A DNA stretch of 64,000 bases from Trueperaceae bacterium (GCA_965213925.1 OZ243927.1:3936001-4000000), one strand, 5' to 3'. Shown: positions 30,101 through 40,260, counted from the stretch's first letter. Translations and numbers: made by a program. The notes: generated by a model not told the origin, from the letters alone.

Positions 30101-30132
30101 AAGGGGCGCGGTCACCAAAGACCGCGCCCCTT
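30101..30132. terminator. Strong hairpin between the BrnT promoter and the mini-array
   Basis: AAGGGGCGCGGTC/GACCGCGCCCCTT; U-tail on the minus strand. Confidence 0.55.
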
Positions 30133-30215
30133 ACATGCCTAGGTAAAACGCTTAGTTCACCGCGTCTTTTAGCGCCTTGCCGGGCTCAAAGACGGAGTAC
30201 TTAAACACGGGTGTC

Positions 30216-30301
30216 CTATTCCCCACGCATGTGGGGATGAACCGACGGGGAAGGACTTTGAGGTCTCTCGTCTATTTCCTACGTATGTAGGGATGAAACC
30301 G
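30216..30301 (+). CRISPR. Mini-array: intact repeat, 27-nt spacer, degenerate repeat
   Basis: CTATTCCCCACGCATGTGGGGATGAACCG - ACGGGGAAGGACTTTGAGGTCTCTCGT - CTATTTCCTACGTATGTAGGGATGAAACCG. Confidence 0.9.
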
Positions 30302-30335
30302 CCCTCGAGCTAGACCGAGGAGATAACCCAAATAG

Positions 30336-30485
30336 GACGGTAGTACCGTCGTCATCTTTAATATCGGCGGAAACAAGTACCGTTTGGTCGTCTATATCAG
30401 CTATAAATCTCAGCGCGTTTATATTCGCAAAGTTATGACGCATGAAGAGTACGACTTCTGGAATGACCAAGGGAGACCGACATGA
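30336..30485 (+). pseudogene. higB: 5'-truncated HigB-family toxin
   Basis: VVIFNIGGNKYRLVVYISYKSQRVYIRKVMTHEEYD; ATGA overlap with higA; no start codon, stops upstream. Confidence 0.85.
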
Positions 30486-30895
30486 CCCAAAACCAAGTCA
30501 TCGAAGCCTGGAGCGCGTTCAAAGCAAGCACCCACTTCAAGCGCCCCGAAAGTGAAGCCGAGTACGAGGGGTTGCAAGGGCTCATGTATTACCTCATCGA
30601 CCATGACAACTGCGACGAAGAGCCCTACGCTTCTCTTTTGCATCTGGTAGGAACTTATATGGACGAGTATGAGCGCGAATATGACGCCGACTTGAAAGAT
30701 GTTGACGTGGCACCTCGGCAAATGCTCGAGTTCTACATGGATCAGCAGGGTGTAACGCAGTATCAACTTGGCAAAGAGGGCGTTGCGAGTCAGAGCGTGC
30801 TGAGCCGAGTACTTTCAGGCGAGCGTGAGATCAGCAAAACGTTGGCGAAGAAGTTGGCGGAGAGATTCAGCGCGAACGTGGAAGTCTTCTTATAA
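30482..30895 (+). CDS. higA: HigA-family antitoxin (C-terminal Xre HTH)
   Basis: SEAEYE..., MDQQGVTQ, SQSVLSRVLSGEREISK. Confidence 0.88.
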   Translation: MTQNQVIEAWSAFKASTHFKRPESEAEYEGLQGLMYYLIDHDNCDEEPYASLLHLVGTYMDEYEREYDADLKDVDVAPRQMLEFYMDQQGVTQYQLGKEGVASQSVLSRVLSGEREISKTLAKKLAERFSANVEVFL

Positions 30896-31096
30896 ATGAA
30901 GGCAGGGCTGTCGCCTGGCTACCTTGATTCTCCGTTAGAGCGCATATCGCTGTCGCTCGAGCAAGACACTCTCAAAAGGCTTAAACGCTTAGCAAAGCGC
31001 AAGGGGATGGGCTACTAAACGTTGCTCAAGTCTTTTGTAGAGGAAAGGCTCTATGAGGAGGAGAAGCGCAAAGGGATGCTCGAGATGAGTGAATGA
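30896..31096 (+). pseudogene. Degenerate copy of the BrnA/CopG-like antitoxin
   Basis: LAKRKGMGY*TLLKSFVEERLYEEEKR versus LARKKGKGYQTLMKEFVIERLYEEEKR; TAA at 31016. Confidence 0.8.
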
Positions 31097-31155
31097 TACG
31101 GATTCCGCTCATCTCCCATTGCCATTGACCTCTGAAGACGATGCAGAGCAGCTTC

Positions 31156-31746
31156 TTAAATATCCGCCAAAATCTTCTCGGCTAACTGCTTGGCGACCCT
31201 CTCTTTCGCTTCCTCTTCTCGCCGCGCTTTGTCGTACTTCGCCGCTCTGACCTTGAGCTTTTCGCCTACTACGCGGAGGGCGCGTTCAGGTTCCATGAAG
31301 GGATTGAGCACGAAGTTGTACATCTGCTTCTGCTGCTTATCAATGGCTAAAACTTGGTAATGTTTTGGGCCTAGCAGGGCGGCAAGTTCAAAGCGGTCCA
31401 TGCGCTCTGCCGCGATGACCTGCGAGTCTTTGAGCTTTCTTTTTAAGCTCCACTGATCGAGTTCACGGTCATTGTCATAAGTTGGGCGCATTCTGAGACG
31501 GCTCCACAGAAAAGGAATACCGAATACGCACAGGAAGTTGAGCCCTATGAAGCTTACGTAAGCACCAATAATAAGTCCAGTCTCATTACCAGTACTCCAC
31601 GCCATAATTGCTACGCCTAGCAGTATCAACGCTCCCCAGAGGTACATTGTCCAAAGCGATACGTACTCCTCTTTTGCAGCCGCGCTGAACCGCTTGCGCC
31701 ACGGTGGTTTCTCTACCAGTAGGTCTCTAAACAAGGTGTCTGACAT
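31156..31746 (-). CDS. Hypothetical two-TM membrane protein
   Basis: Two hydrophobic helices, charged C-terminus; AGGAGG RBS. Confidence 0.7.
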   Translation of the reverse strand: MSDTLFRDLLVEKPPWRKRFSAAAKEEYVSLWTMYLWGALILLGVAIMAWSTGNETGLIIGAYVSFIGLNFLCVFGIPFLWSRLRMRPTYDNDRELDQWSLKRKLKDSQVIAAERMDRFELAALLGPKHYQVLAIDKQQKQMYNFVLNPFMEPERALRVVGEKLKVRAAKYDKARREEEAKERVAKQLAEKILADI

Positions 31747-31877
31747 GCACGTCCTCCTATTGCAGATGATAACGAAGTGCCGGACCCCTATTATCGCACA
31801 TTACGCTTAGAAAGTGAGGGAGCGTCAGTATGTTTTTCGCGTCACCAATTGACGCCAGCGCGTGATATATCTGTTTT

Positions 31878-34544
31878 ATGTCTTTAAGTCAGAGAGCGCA
31901 GAGTTTCTGGGCGAAGAGCAGCGACGATGGGCACGGACATCCTCTTATCGCGCATCTTCTCGATGTCGCGGCTGTATCCGCAGAACTTCTAGGGCGCGAG
32001 CCCGCGCGAACCTCTCATCTCTACGCCTCCGATTTGGGTTTACCACTCGAGCAAGCGCTCCCTTGGGTTTGTGCTTTAGTAGGGCTTCACGACCTCGGCA
32101 AAGCGAGTCCTGCTTTTCAACTCACTTCGGATAAGCGCGTCAAGTGGCGAGCTGGCGCAGAGCGGCTGGAAGAGAGCGGGTTGTTGTGGCGCTCGAAGCG
32201 GCTCGACCCCGTGCCGCACGGCGTGGTGAGCCAGAAGCTGCTAGGGCGCGTTCTCGAGTCCTACGGTTGGGCAAGAAAAGCCGCTAAACACGCTGCGGAC
32301 GCAGTCGGGGCGCATCACGGATTTAGAGCGACGGGAGATGAGCTTAAACGCATCGGCACAGTTGAGCTGGGTGATGAAATTTGGGACGAAGCTCGAGCAG
32401 AACTGGTCGAAGCGTTATTGAAGGCTGCCGGGGTTTCTAAAGGCGCTCCGACCTGCGAACGCTTGGGCGGCGCAGCCTTCATGCGCCTCGCCGGACTCAC
32501 GAGCTTTGCCGACTGGATAGGCTCCAACCCCGACTTCTTCGGTTACGAGCGAGGGGTCGGCGACCCGGCGGCGTACTATCAAAGGTCGTTGGGAAAGGCG
32601 CGGCGGGCGCTCGAGACGATTGGCTGGGAAGCGCGTGAGCCGCTGCGCCCCGCGCTCATCACCTTTTCGGATGTTTTTCCCTTCGCACCGCGACCGTTGC
32701 AACGCGTCTTGGAGGGAAAAGTCGAGGGACTTAGCGAGCCGACCCTCCTCATCGTCGAAGCGCCGATGGGCGAGGGCAAGACCGAGGCGGCGTTCTTCGC
32801 GCATCTGCGTTTGCAAGCGCAAAGTGGACACCGAGGGATGTACGTTGCGCTGCCGACCCAAGCGACGGGCAACGCGATGTTCGAACGCACAAAGCAGTTT
32901 TTAGGCGAGCAGGGACATGCGTCACCGCCTGACTTACAGCTTTTGCACGGCTCCGCCATCCTCGAGGAAAGCTACGCCAACATGCGCGTGAAAAACGTCG
33001 GGGGGAGCGGTGAAGCAGTCGTCGCTAGGGAGTGGTTCACCGCCAAAAAGCGTGCGCTTCTCTCGGAATATGGCGTTGGCACGGTGGACCAAGCGCTGCT
33101 GTCGGTGCTCAACGTCAAGCACCAGTTCATCCGCCTGTGGGGGCTCGGCAACCGCGTGGTTGTCATTGACGAGGTGCACGCCTACGACACGTATACCTCA
33201 CACCTTATCGAAACCCTCATACGCTGGCTGCACGCGCTGGGCTCGTCTGTCATCTTGATGAGCGCGACGCTCCCTAAAGCGCGAAGGGAGGCGCTTTTGG
33301 AGGCTTACGGCGCGAAGGATATACCGGACATTCCGTACCCTCGCCTTCTTAAAGTGAGCGGCGCAGAGGTCTCCGCTGAAACATTTGAGACCCGCGCGTT
33401 GCCCACGCTTACACTCAAGAAGACCGCGCAAGAGGTTGCGACTTTAGCAGACCTGCTCTTTCAGGAGACTGCCGAGGGTGGCTGCGCGGCGTGCATCCTC
33501 AACACGGTGCAGCGGGCGCAAGAGGTGTACTGCGAGTTGCGACTTCGCTTTGACGGCGACCTCATCCTCTTCCACGCTCGCTTCCCGGCTGAGGAGCGGC
33601 AAAAGCTCGAGCAAGAGGTACTGAGACGCTTCGGCAAAGACAGCGCTCACCGTCCGAAAAAGGCTATTTTAGTCGCCACGCAAGTTGTCGAGCAGAGCCT
33701 AGACGTGGACTTCGACGTGATGGTCAGCGACCTCGCGCCCGTCGATCTCATCTTGCAGCGTTCGGGGCGGCTCCATAGGCACGAAGGCAAACACGCCACG
33801 CGCCCTAAAAGCCTGAAAACGCCGAAGCTGTACGTGGCAGGGTTGGAGCACAGCGGGGACTTACCCGACCTGAGCACGCACCACTTTGACTACGTTTACG
33901 ACCCTTACATCCTCTTAAAAACCTGGCTCGCGCTGCGCGAAAAACGAACCATCACGCTACCAGACGATTTTGAACCTCTTATCGAAGTCGTCTATTCGGA
34001 CATCGAACTCGCTAACTTATCTTCGACTATTTCGGAGGCGCTTGAGGCGGCTCGAGAGGTCTCCACAAGAGAGATTGCTGAACATAAAACCGCAGCAAAA
34101 AGCGTGATTATCGGGCAACCCGAAACGCTTACGAAGAATAATCCGCCAGGTCATCAGGTGAGCGAAGACGATGAGAACCCTGAACTGCACCCCACGCTGA
34201 GAGCGCAGACTCGTCTCGGCGAAAAGAGCCTGAGCGTTATTCCGCTCTTCCTCAAAGATGAACAATTTCACATAACGCCAGAGGGCAACTCGGTTACGCT
34301 TTTGGACAAAGCGCCAACCTGGGATGAAGCGAAGCGGCTTTACCTTCGCAACGTGAAGTTGAGCCGAAAGGGAGTCGTCCATGAACTTTCAGAGCAGCCC
34401 GTACCCGAGGGGTGGGAAAAGCACCCCCTCCTCAGAAATTGCCGTCCTTTGATCTTAGAGAACGGTCAAACGCAGATTGGAAACACGGTTGTTAGCCTCG
34501 AGCCTGACTTGGGCGTCGTCTATAGGAAAGTTGATGACCTATAA
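31878..34544 (+). CDS. cas3: Cas3 HD nuclease-helicase
   Basis: WAKS, HLLDV, HDLGK, APMGEGKT, DEVH, SAT and QRSGRLHRH motifs. Confidence 0.97.
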   Translation: MSLSQRAQSFWAKSSDDGHGHPLIAHLLDVAAVSAELLGREPARTSHLYASDLGLPLEQALPWVCALVGLHDLGKASPAFQLTSDKRVKWRAGAERLEESGLLWRSKRLDPVPHGVVSQKLLGRVLESYGWARKAAKHAADAVGAHHGFRATGDELKRIGTVELGDEIWDEARAELVEALLKAAGVSKGAPTCERLGGAAFMRLAGLTSFADWIGSNPDFFGYERGVGDPAAYYQRSLGKARRALETIGWEAREPLRPALITFSDVFPFAPRPLQRVLEGKVEGLSEPTLLIVEAPMGEGKTEAAFFAHLRLQAQSGHRGMYVALPTQATGNAMFERTKQFLGEQGHASPPDLQLLHGSAILEESYANMRVKNVGGSGEAVVAREWFTAKKRALLSEYGVGTVDQALLSVLNVKHQFIRLWGLGNRVVVIDEVHAYDTYTSHLIETLIRWLHALGSSVILMSATLPKARREALLEAYGAKDIPDIPYPRLLKVSGAEVSAETFETRALPTLTLKKTAQEVATLADLLFQETAEGGCAACILNTVQRAQEVYCELRLRFDGDLILFHARFPAEERQKLEQEVLRRFGKDSAHRPKKAILVATQVVEQSLDVDFDVMVSDLAPVDLILQRSGRLHRHEGKHATRPKSLKTPKLYVAGLEHSGDLPDLSTHHFDYVYDPYILLKTWLALREKRTITLPDDFEPLIEVVYSDIELANLSSTISEALEAAREVSTREIAEHKTAAKSVIIGQPETLTKNNPPGHQVSEDDENPELHPTLRAQTRLGEKSLSVIPLFLKDEQFHITPEGNSVTLLDKAPTWDEAKRLYLRNVKLSRKGVVHELSEQPVPEGWEKHPLLRNCRPLILENGQTQIGNTVVSLEPDLGVVYRKVDDL

Positions 34545-36054
34545 CTTTAACCTCACCACCGAGCCTTGGATTCCTGTACGTAATTTGGAGGACAGACTCG
34601 AGCTTCTCAGCTTAGAAGACGCGCTTCTAAGGGCGCATACGCTCCACCGTATCGAAGACCCCTCACCTCTCGTCGTGGCATCTTTACATCGGCTACTTCT
34701 CACTGTGCTGCACCGAGCGTTGAGAGGTCCTGAAGACCTCGAGCAAGCGGCGGACTGGTTTGAGGCGGGACGGCTTCCGGCTGAACCCACCAAGAAGTAT
34801 CTCGAAAGGTGGCGTGAGCGCTTTGACCTCTTTAGCGACACGCACCCTTTCTATCAAGTACCGGATTCTGAGGAGAAGGTTCAGCCTATCTCGAAGCTGG
34901 CGGCAGAACTCTCGAGCGGCACGAATAAACTCCTTTTCGACCACTCACAAGACGCGCAGCCGCTCGCCGTTTCTCCTGCTGTAAGCGCCCGCCTCCTCCT
35001 CGCCCGGCAGATGCTCGCCGTACCCGAAGGCGCAGGCTACAGCCCGAGTCCGTTGGGTGGCACAGCGGTCACGATTCCGCAAGGAGCCACCCTCTTCGAG
35101 ACACTATGCCTCAACCTCGTCACGTATGACGCAGACGAGACGGGCGACGCGCCAATTTGGGAAGAGGACGCGCCGACCTCAAAAAGTATCAAAGAGAACA
35201 AGGAGCGAACGGCGCTTGGGCTCACGAACCGCTACACCTGGCTCAGCCGCTCAGTGAGGCTCGAGCCAGAAAGAGATGAACGCGGCGAAACCGTCGTGCG
35301 CTGGCTGCGCTATACGACAGGCTTGAAGTTTCTACCCGGCGAAGTCTTCGTCGCTGACCCGATGCTCGCGTACCGCAGGGACGAGAAGCGGGGCAACTTG
35401 CCGCAGGGCTTTCGCAAGGGGCGCGGATTCTGGCGAGACTTTCTTGCCCTCGTGCCCAACTCAAACGAAAAGGGACTGCTCACGCCACCCGCGATTGACC
35501 ACGCGCTAGGCGTCTACGAAGCGTTGGACGTTCACAAGCCGCTACAGATAATGGTCTTGGGTCTCTCCAACGACAAAGCCAAAGTCGAGCTGTGGCGGAG
35601 CGAGGTCTTCTATCTTCCTGACGTGCTCACGCAGGACAATCGCGCCTACGAATTGGTGGAAGACGCCTTGCAAAGCGCCGAAGAAACAGGGCGAGAGCTT
35701 CGCAAGGCGGGCTTTGTGCTCGCGGCGAATCTGCTCACGACGGGCGAGCGTCAACCCGACCCCAATGATTCAGCTAGGCTGCGCGACAGCTTCCCGCTGG
35801 ACGCGGTGTACTGGTCGAGGCTCGAGACGCGCTTTCCAGCCTTTTTAGAGAGGTTCAAACCAGGTTATGACGCTGAGGCTCTTTTTGATGATTGGCTCGA
35901 GGAACTCGTCAGCGCGGCGCGTGATGCGTGGAAGAAAACGGCGCAGAGCGTTGGCAAGGACGCGAGAGCGTTGAGGGCACAACAGGAAGGGGACAGGGTG
36001 TTGAGCAGACATATCAATCAACTTCGCCGCGAATCTGGTGAGGTGGCGTCGTGA
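34534..36054 (+). CDS. cas8e: Cascade large subunit Cas8e (Cse1/CasA)
   Basis: FNLTTEPWIPV, FDLF..HPFYQ and LFDH motifs; operon position. Confidence 0.93.
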   Translation: MTYNFNLTTEPWIPVRNLEDRLELLSLEDALLRAHTLHRIEDPSPLVVASLHRLLLTVLHRALRGPEDLEQAADWFEAGRLPAEPTKKYLERWRERFDLFSDTHPFYQVPDSEEKVQPISKLAAELSSGTNKLLFDHSQDAQPLAVSPAVSARLLLARQMLAVPEGAGYSPSPLGGTAVTIPQGATLFETLCLNLVTYDADETGDAPIWEEDAPTSKSIKENKERTALGLTNRYTWLSRSVRLEPERDERGETVVRWLRYTTGLKFLPGEVFVADPMLAYRRDEKRGNLPQGFRKGRGFWRDFLALVPNSNEKGLLTPPAIDHALGVYEALDVHKPLQIMVLGLSNDKAKVELWRSEVFYLPDVLTQDNRAYELVEDALQSAEETGRELRKAGFVLAANLLTTGERQPDPNDSARLRDSFPLDAVYWSRLETRFPAFLERFKPGYDAEALFDDWLEELVSAARDAWKKTAQSVGKDARALRAQQEGDRVLSRHINQLRRESGEVAS

Positions 36055-36554
36055 CACTGAACCTTGCAGAAGATTTCGTGGCACATCTCAAGAAGCTCGC
36101 AGGCGAGAACGGAGGAAACCCGAACCGCGCCGCGCTCGCCGAGTTACGCCGAAGCTTGACACAAGCGCCAGGAACCTATGTGCGGGCGTATCGGTACGTG
36201 CCGCCTTACGTGCATAACCTCTTTCAAGAGCAGCGAGACGCCTACTTTCTTGTAGCGGGTCTCTTCGCAAGTCACGTAGATACGGCGTCAGATGAGTCTC
36301 TGGGCGCATCCATCAAAAAACTTTACAGAGAGAAAGATTCGTCAGAGAGCGTCGAAAAGCGCTTTATCACCCTCTTGGACGCGGATGAAACGCAGCTTCC
36401 CTACAGGCTCAGACAGATGGTGTCGCTACTCAAGAGCGAGGACATACCCGTTGACTACCTCAGCCTGCTTCAACATCTCACCCATTGGAGCCATCCAGAC
36501 CGCTGGGTGCAGCAGCGCTGGGCACGCGACTTTTACCGTTCAGCACACGGCTAA
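36051..36554 (+). CDS. cse2: Cascade small subunit Cas11 (Cse2/CasB)
   Basis: LAELRR, VEKRF..LL and WARDFY motifs. Confidence 0.93.
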   Translation: MTLNLAEDFVAHLKKLAGENGGNPNRAALAELRRSLTQAPGTYVRAYRYVPPYVHNLFQEQRDAYFLVAGLFASHVDTASDESLGASIKKLYREKDSSESVEKRFITLLDADETQLPYRLRQMVSLLKSEDIPVDYLSLLQHLTHWSHPDRWVQQRWARDFYRSAHG

Positions 36555-36574
36555 ATTAGGGCTAAGGAGACCCC

Positions 36575-37756
36575 ATGAACGCACTTTTGGAACTTCACAT
36601 CTTACAGAACTTCGCCCCCTCGCTCCTCAACCGCGACGACACCGGCTCCCCGAAAGATTGCGAATTCGGCGGCACCCGCCGTGGGCGCATCTCGAGCCAG
36701 TGCTTAAAACGCGCCGCCCGTGAGTACATTCGCGACAACGATTTGCTCGAGGAAAATGACATGGCGCTGCGAACGAAGCGGCTCACGCAGGCGTTGCAGG
36801 AAAAGCTTAAAGGGCGTGGACACGACAACGAAGAGAAGACCGAACAGGTCATCGAGGCGGCACTCGGCGGTTTGGGGCTCGCGCTGGACAAAAAGGGTGA
36901 GGAGGCGGAGGCGAAAACGCAGTACCTCCTCTTTATCGGCGTGCAAGAGGTGGAAAAACTCGCCGAGCTGATTCACGAACACTGGGACGACTTAGCGAAG
37001 GTCAGCGCGGCGGAGGATTCGGGGAAGAGCAAAAAGAAAACGGCGAAGGCGGCGGTGGATAAGGAAATCAGCAAAGCGATGATGGACAGTCTCGACGGAG
37101 GCAAGGCGGTAGACTTAGCACTTTTCGGGCGGATGCTCGCTGACCTCCCTCAGCGCAACCGCGACGCGGCGTGTCAGGTGGCGCACGCCCTCTCCACGAA
37201 CGCCGTCGCTAGAGAGTTCGACTTCTACACTGCTGTGGACGACCTCAAGCCGGACGACAACGCCGGAGCCGACATGCTGGGCACGGTTGAATTCAACTCC
37301 GCGTGCTACTACCGCTACGCCGCGCTAGACTTAGAGAAGCTGCTGGAGAACCTGCAAGGGGACAAGTCGTTGGCGCTTAAAGGGTTGGAGGCGTTCGTCC
37401 GGGCGAGCGTATTGGCGCTGCCGAGCGGCAAGCAAAACTCCTTCGCCGCGCACAACCCGCCGAGCTTCGTCGCCTTGACCGTGCGGCAGGGCGCTGCGCC
37501 GCGCAACCTTGCTAATGCGTTTGAAGTGCCCGTGCGTCCGAATAGCAGAGACAACGAGGGATTGAGCGAAGGCGCTTTACAGAAGCTCGAGGCGATGTGG
37601 CGGCGGCTCGACACGGTCTACAGCAACGGGAGCGTCAGCACCGCCTGTTTGAACCTCACGGATGCGAAATTGACCTATCTCGGCGAACATGTCAAAGAAT
37701 CCCTCGAGAGAGCGCTTAGCGACACCTTAAATGCGGCTGACCAGGTGATGGGCTAA
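36575..37756 (+). CDS. cas7: Cas7 (Cse4/CasC)
   Basis: [25 protein letters not shown] and DFYTAVDD motifs. Confidence 0.97.
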   Translation: MNALLELHILQNFAPSLLNRDDTGSPKDCEFGGTRRGRISSQCLKRAAREYIRDNDLLEENDMALRTKRLTQALQEKLKGRGHDNEEKTEQVIEAALGGLGLALDKKGEEAEAKTQYLLFIGVQEVEKLAELIHEHWDDLAKVSAAEDSGKSKKKTAKAAVDKEISKAMMDSLDGGKAVDLALFGRMLADLPQRNRDAACQVAHALSTNAVAREFDFYTAVDDLKPDDNAGADMLGTVEFNSACYYRYAALDLEKLLENLQGDKSLALKGLEAFVRASVLALPSGKQNSFAAHNPPSFVALTVRQGAAPRNLANAFEVPVRPNSRDNEGLSEGALQKLEAMWRRLDTVYSNGSVSTACLNLTDAKLTYLGEHVKESLERALSDTLNAADQVMG

Positions 37757-37758
37757 GC

Positions 37759-38403
37759 GTGACGACCCTTCTAATGCGCTTAGCCGGACCCATGCAATCG
37801 TGGGGCACGCGCAGCCGCTTCGACGAGCGCGACACCGGGCTCGAGCCCTCTAAAAGCGGCGTGCTCGGGCTTGTGTGCGCCGCGCTCGGGCGTGATCGAC
37901 ACGAAAGCGTGGCGGACCTCGCCGCGCTCAAGATGGGCGTGAGGGTAGACCATGAGGGCATCCTTAAATACGACTACCAAACCGCGCAAAACATCATCGG
38001 TGCGGATGGGAAAAAGATGCACGCTACGGCTGTGACTCAACGCTTCTACCTCTCTGACGCGGTCTTCCTCGTCGGGCTCGAGGGTGACGAAGAACTTTTA
38101 GAACGCATTCACCACGCACTTTACAATCCGCACTGGTTCCTCTCACTCGGGCGCAAATCATATCTGCCGAGCCGGAGCGTGTGGTTAGAAGATGGGCTGC
38201 GTGACGCGCCGCTTTGGGAAGCACTTTCCACCTATCCATCTTTGCTCGCTGAAGGCGACACGACCTGTCGCTACGTCCTCGAGAGTTCCGAAGGTGCACT
38301 GCGCACTGACGAACCCCTCGCGCCCTTCGCCGAGCGGCGTTTTGGCATTCGCTATGTTCAAACGAGGCAGGGAAAGGTGGGGAAACCCGATGTATCTCTC
38401 TAA
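37759..38403 (+). CDS. cas5: Cas5e (CasD)
   Basis: LAGPMQSWG, PSKSGVLG and LGRKS motifs. Confidence 0.96.
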   Translation: MTTLLMRLAGPMQSWGTRSRFDERDTGLEPSKSGVLGLVCAALGRDRHESVADLAALKMGVRVDHEGILKYDYQTAQNIIGADGKKMHATAVTQRFYLSDAVFLVGLEGDEELLERIHHALYNPHWFLSLGRKSYLPSRSVWLEDGLRDAPLWEALSTYPSLLAEGDTTCRYVLESSEGALRTDEPLAPFAERRFGIRYVQTRQGKVGKPDVSL

Positions 38404-38971
38404 GCTCGCACCGAATCTTCGTAACCTTCAGGCGCGGCGTGACCTAGCTAATCCTTATGAGATGCACCGCACGTTGGCTCGAGCAGCCCATTCAGAAAGT
38501 GAGCGGTTGCTCTGGCGGCTCGAGGAGGACGAGCAGCCGACGCTGCTCGTCCAGACACTTTCAGAACCTGACTGGACGTTTCTTGACCCCGCGTATCTTC
38601 GTTGTCCTCCAAAAGCTAAAGCTGTGCACCTCAACTTCGCTAAAGGGCAGACGCTCCGCTTTCGCCTTAGGGCAAATCCAACCGTCAAACGTCAGGGAAA
38701 GCGCCAAGCGCTCTACGCTATTCAAGATCAGCATGAGTGGCTAAAACGCAAGGCTGAGCAGGCGAGCTTTAACATTTTGGGCGCAATGGCGCACCGTCAA
38801 GAGCAGTTGCGAGCGAAGCGCCAGGGCAAAACGGTCACGCTCTTCGCAGTTACGTTCGATGGGCATCTACAAGTCGCTGAGCCGAATTCCTTTCAAACTG
38901 CGCTTGAAAACGGGATAGGTTCAGCCAAAGGCTTCGGTATGGGTCTCCTCTCCCTCGCCCCGGACGCCTGA
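38390..38971 (+). CDS. cas6e: Cas6e (Cse3/CasE)
   Basis: MYLSKL, YEMHRTL, FRLRANP and GIGSAKGFGMGLL G-loop. Confidence 0.96.
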   Translation: MYLSKLAPNLRNLQARRDLANPYEMHRTLARAAHSESERLLWRLEEDEQPTLLVQTLSEPDWTFLDPAYLRCPPKAKAVHLNFAKGQTLRFRLRANPTVKRQGKRQALYAIQDQHEWLKRKAEQASFNILGAMAHRQEQLRAKRQGKTVTLFAVTFDGHLQVAEPNSFQTALENGIGSAKGFGMGLLSLAPDA

Positions 38972-39954
38972 TGCCCTCCTTACGCAACCTCCGCGAACTC
39001 CCCAAGTTCCGCGACGGTCTCTCGTACCTCTACATCGAGCGCGGACGCATCGAGCAAGACGCTAAAGCTATCGCTTGGTACGGCGAAGAGGGCAAGGTGA
39101 GCGTACCCGCTGCCGCGCTGGGCGTCCTTATGCTCGGCCCCGGCACGAGCATTACGCACGAAGCCGTGAAAGCCCTAGCCGATAACGGCTGCCTCATCAA
39201 CTGGGTCGGCGAGGACAGCGTGCGCTTTTACGCGGGCGGCACGGGCGAGACGCGCAGCAGCGCCAACCTCATGCGCCAAGCGGAATACTGGGCAGACCCC
39301 GCCAAGCACCTTCGAGTCGTGCGGCGCATGTACGGGATGCGCTTTGAGGATGGGCTCGAGCCCGGACTAACCTTAGAGCAGATTCGCGGCAAGGAGGGCG
39401 TGCGGGTGCGCACCGTCTATGCCCGCATGAGTAAGGAAACGGGCGTTCCCTGGCACGGGCGCAGCTATAAGCGCGGCACGTGGGGCAGCGCCGACCCCAT
39501 CAACCGCGCCCTCTCCGCTGGAGCCGCTTGCGTTTACGGCGTTTGCCACGCCGCTATCGTTTCAGCAGGCTACAGCCCCGCACTTGGCTTTATCCACACA
39601 GGCAAGCAACTCTCCTTTGTCTACGACATCGCCGACCTCTACAAGATGGAGGTGCTCGTGCCCGCTGCGTTTAGACTCGTCGCTGAGTCAGACGAACATG
39701 TAGAGAGCCGCATCCGGCATTACCTCCGGGACGCCATGCGCGAGGCGCGAATGTTGGAGCGCGTCGTGAGCGACCTGCACAATCTCTTCAGCAGCGACGA
39801 AGGGAGCGGTGAACGCTTTGCCGAAGACGGCGCAGCACCGGGCGAACTGTGGGACCCGAGCGGCAACGTGGAAGGAGGGGTGAGCTATGGTGGTGATGAC
39901 GCTCGAGAAAGTACCGACGAGCCTACGCGGAGAACTGAGCCGCTGGATGGTTGA
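38971..39954 (+). CDS. cas1: Cas1 (type I-E)
   Basis: LMLGPGTSITH, RGKEG.RV, GFIHTG and FVYDIADLYK motifs. Confidence 0.97.
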   Translation: MPSLRNLRELPKFRDGLSYLYIERGRIEQDAKAIAWYGEEGKVSVPAAALGVLMLGPGTSITHEAVKALADNGCLINWVGEDSVRFYAGGTGETRSSANLMRQAEYWADPAKHLRVVRRMYGMRFEDGLEPGLTLEQIRGKEGVRVRTVYARMSKETGVPWHGRSYKRGTWGSADPINRALSAGAACVYGVCHAAIVSAGYSPALGFIHTGKQLSFVYDIADLYKMEVLVPAAFRLVAESDEHVESRIRHYLRDAMREARMLERVVSDLHNLFSSDEGSGERFAEDGAAPGELWDPSGNVEGGVSYGGDDARESTDEPTRRTEPLDG

Positions 39955-40240
39955 AGTCTCTACAGGCGTCTACGTCGGCAAACTGAGCGCTCTAGTGCGC
40001 GACCTCTTGTGGGAAAAGGTGATGGCGAGCAAACGCACCGGGCGCTGCTGTCAGGTCTACCGCACCAATACGGAGCAGGGTTTTGTCATTCGCATGGACG
40101 GCGACTCAGAACGGAGCGTGGTTGACCTAGACGGGTTACACTTAGTTGCAGTGAAGAACGCGGCGTGGGAAAAGATGTTCGTTGAGCCCGCTGAGGACTA
40201 TGAAAGCATGGATGGAGACATAGAGGGGTCAAAACGCTAG
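39887..40240 (+). CDS. cas2: Cas2 (type I-E), no DnaQ fusion
   Basis: LRGELSRW, GVYVG, EQGF and DLDGLHLV motifs. Confidence 0.95.
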   Translation: MVVMTLEKVPTSLRGELSRWMVEVSTGVYVGKLSALVRDLLWEKVMASKRTGRCCQVYRTNTEQGFVIRMDGDSERSVVDLDGLHLVAVKNAAWEKMFVEPAEDYESMDGDIEGSKR

Positions 40241-40260
40241 TTTTGCCGTCTGGGTCAAGT

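Noticed and set aside
30188..30202. AAG-ACGGAG as the target of the mini-array spacer
   Set aside because: Only 4 seed bases match before mismatches begin.
39887..39954. 68-nt cas1/cas2 overlap
   Set aside because: Both proteins look intact, and a short tail overlap needs no special explanation.
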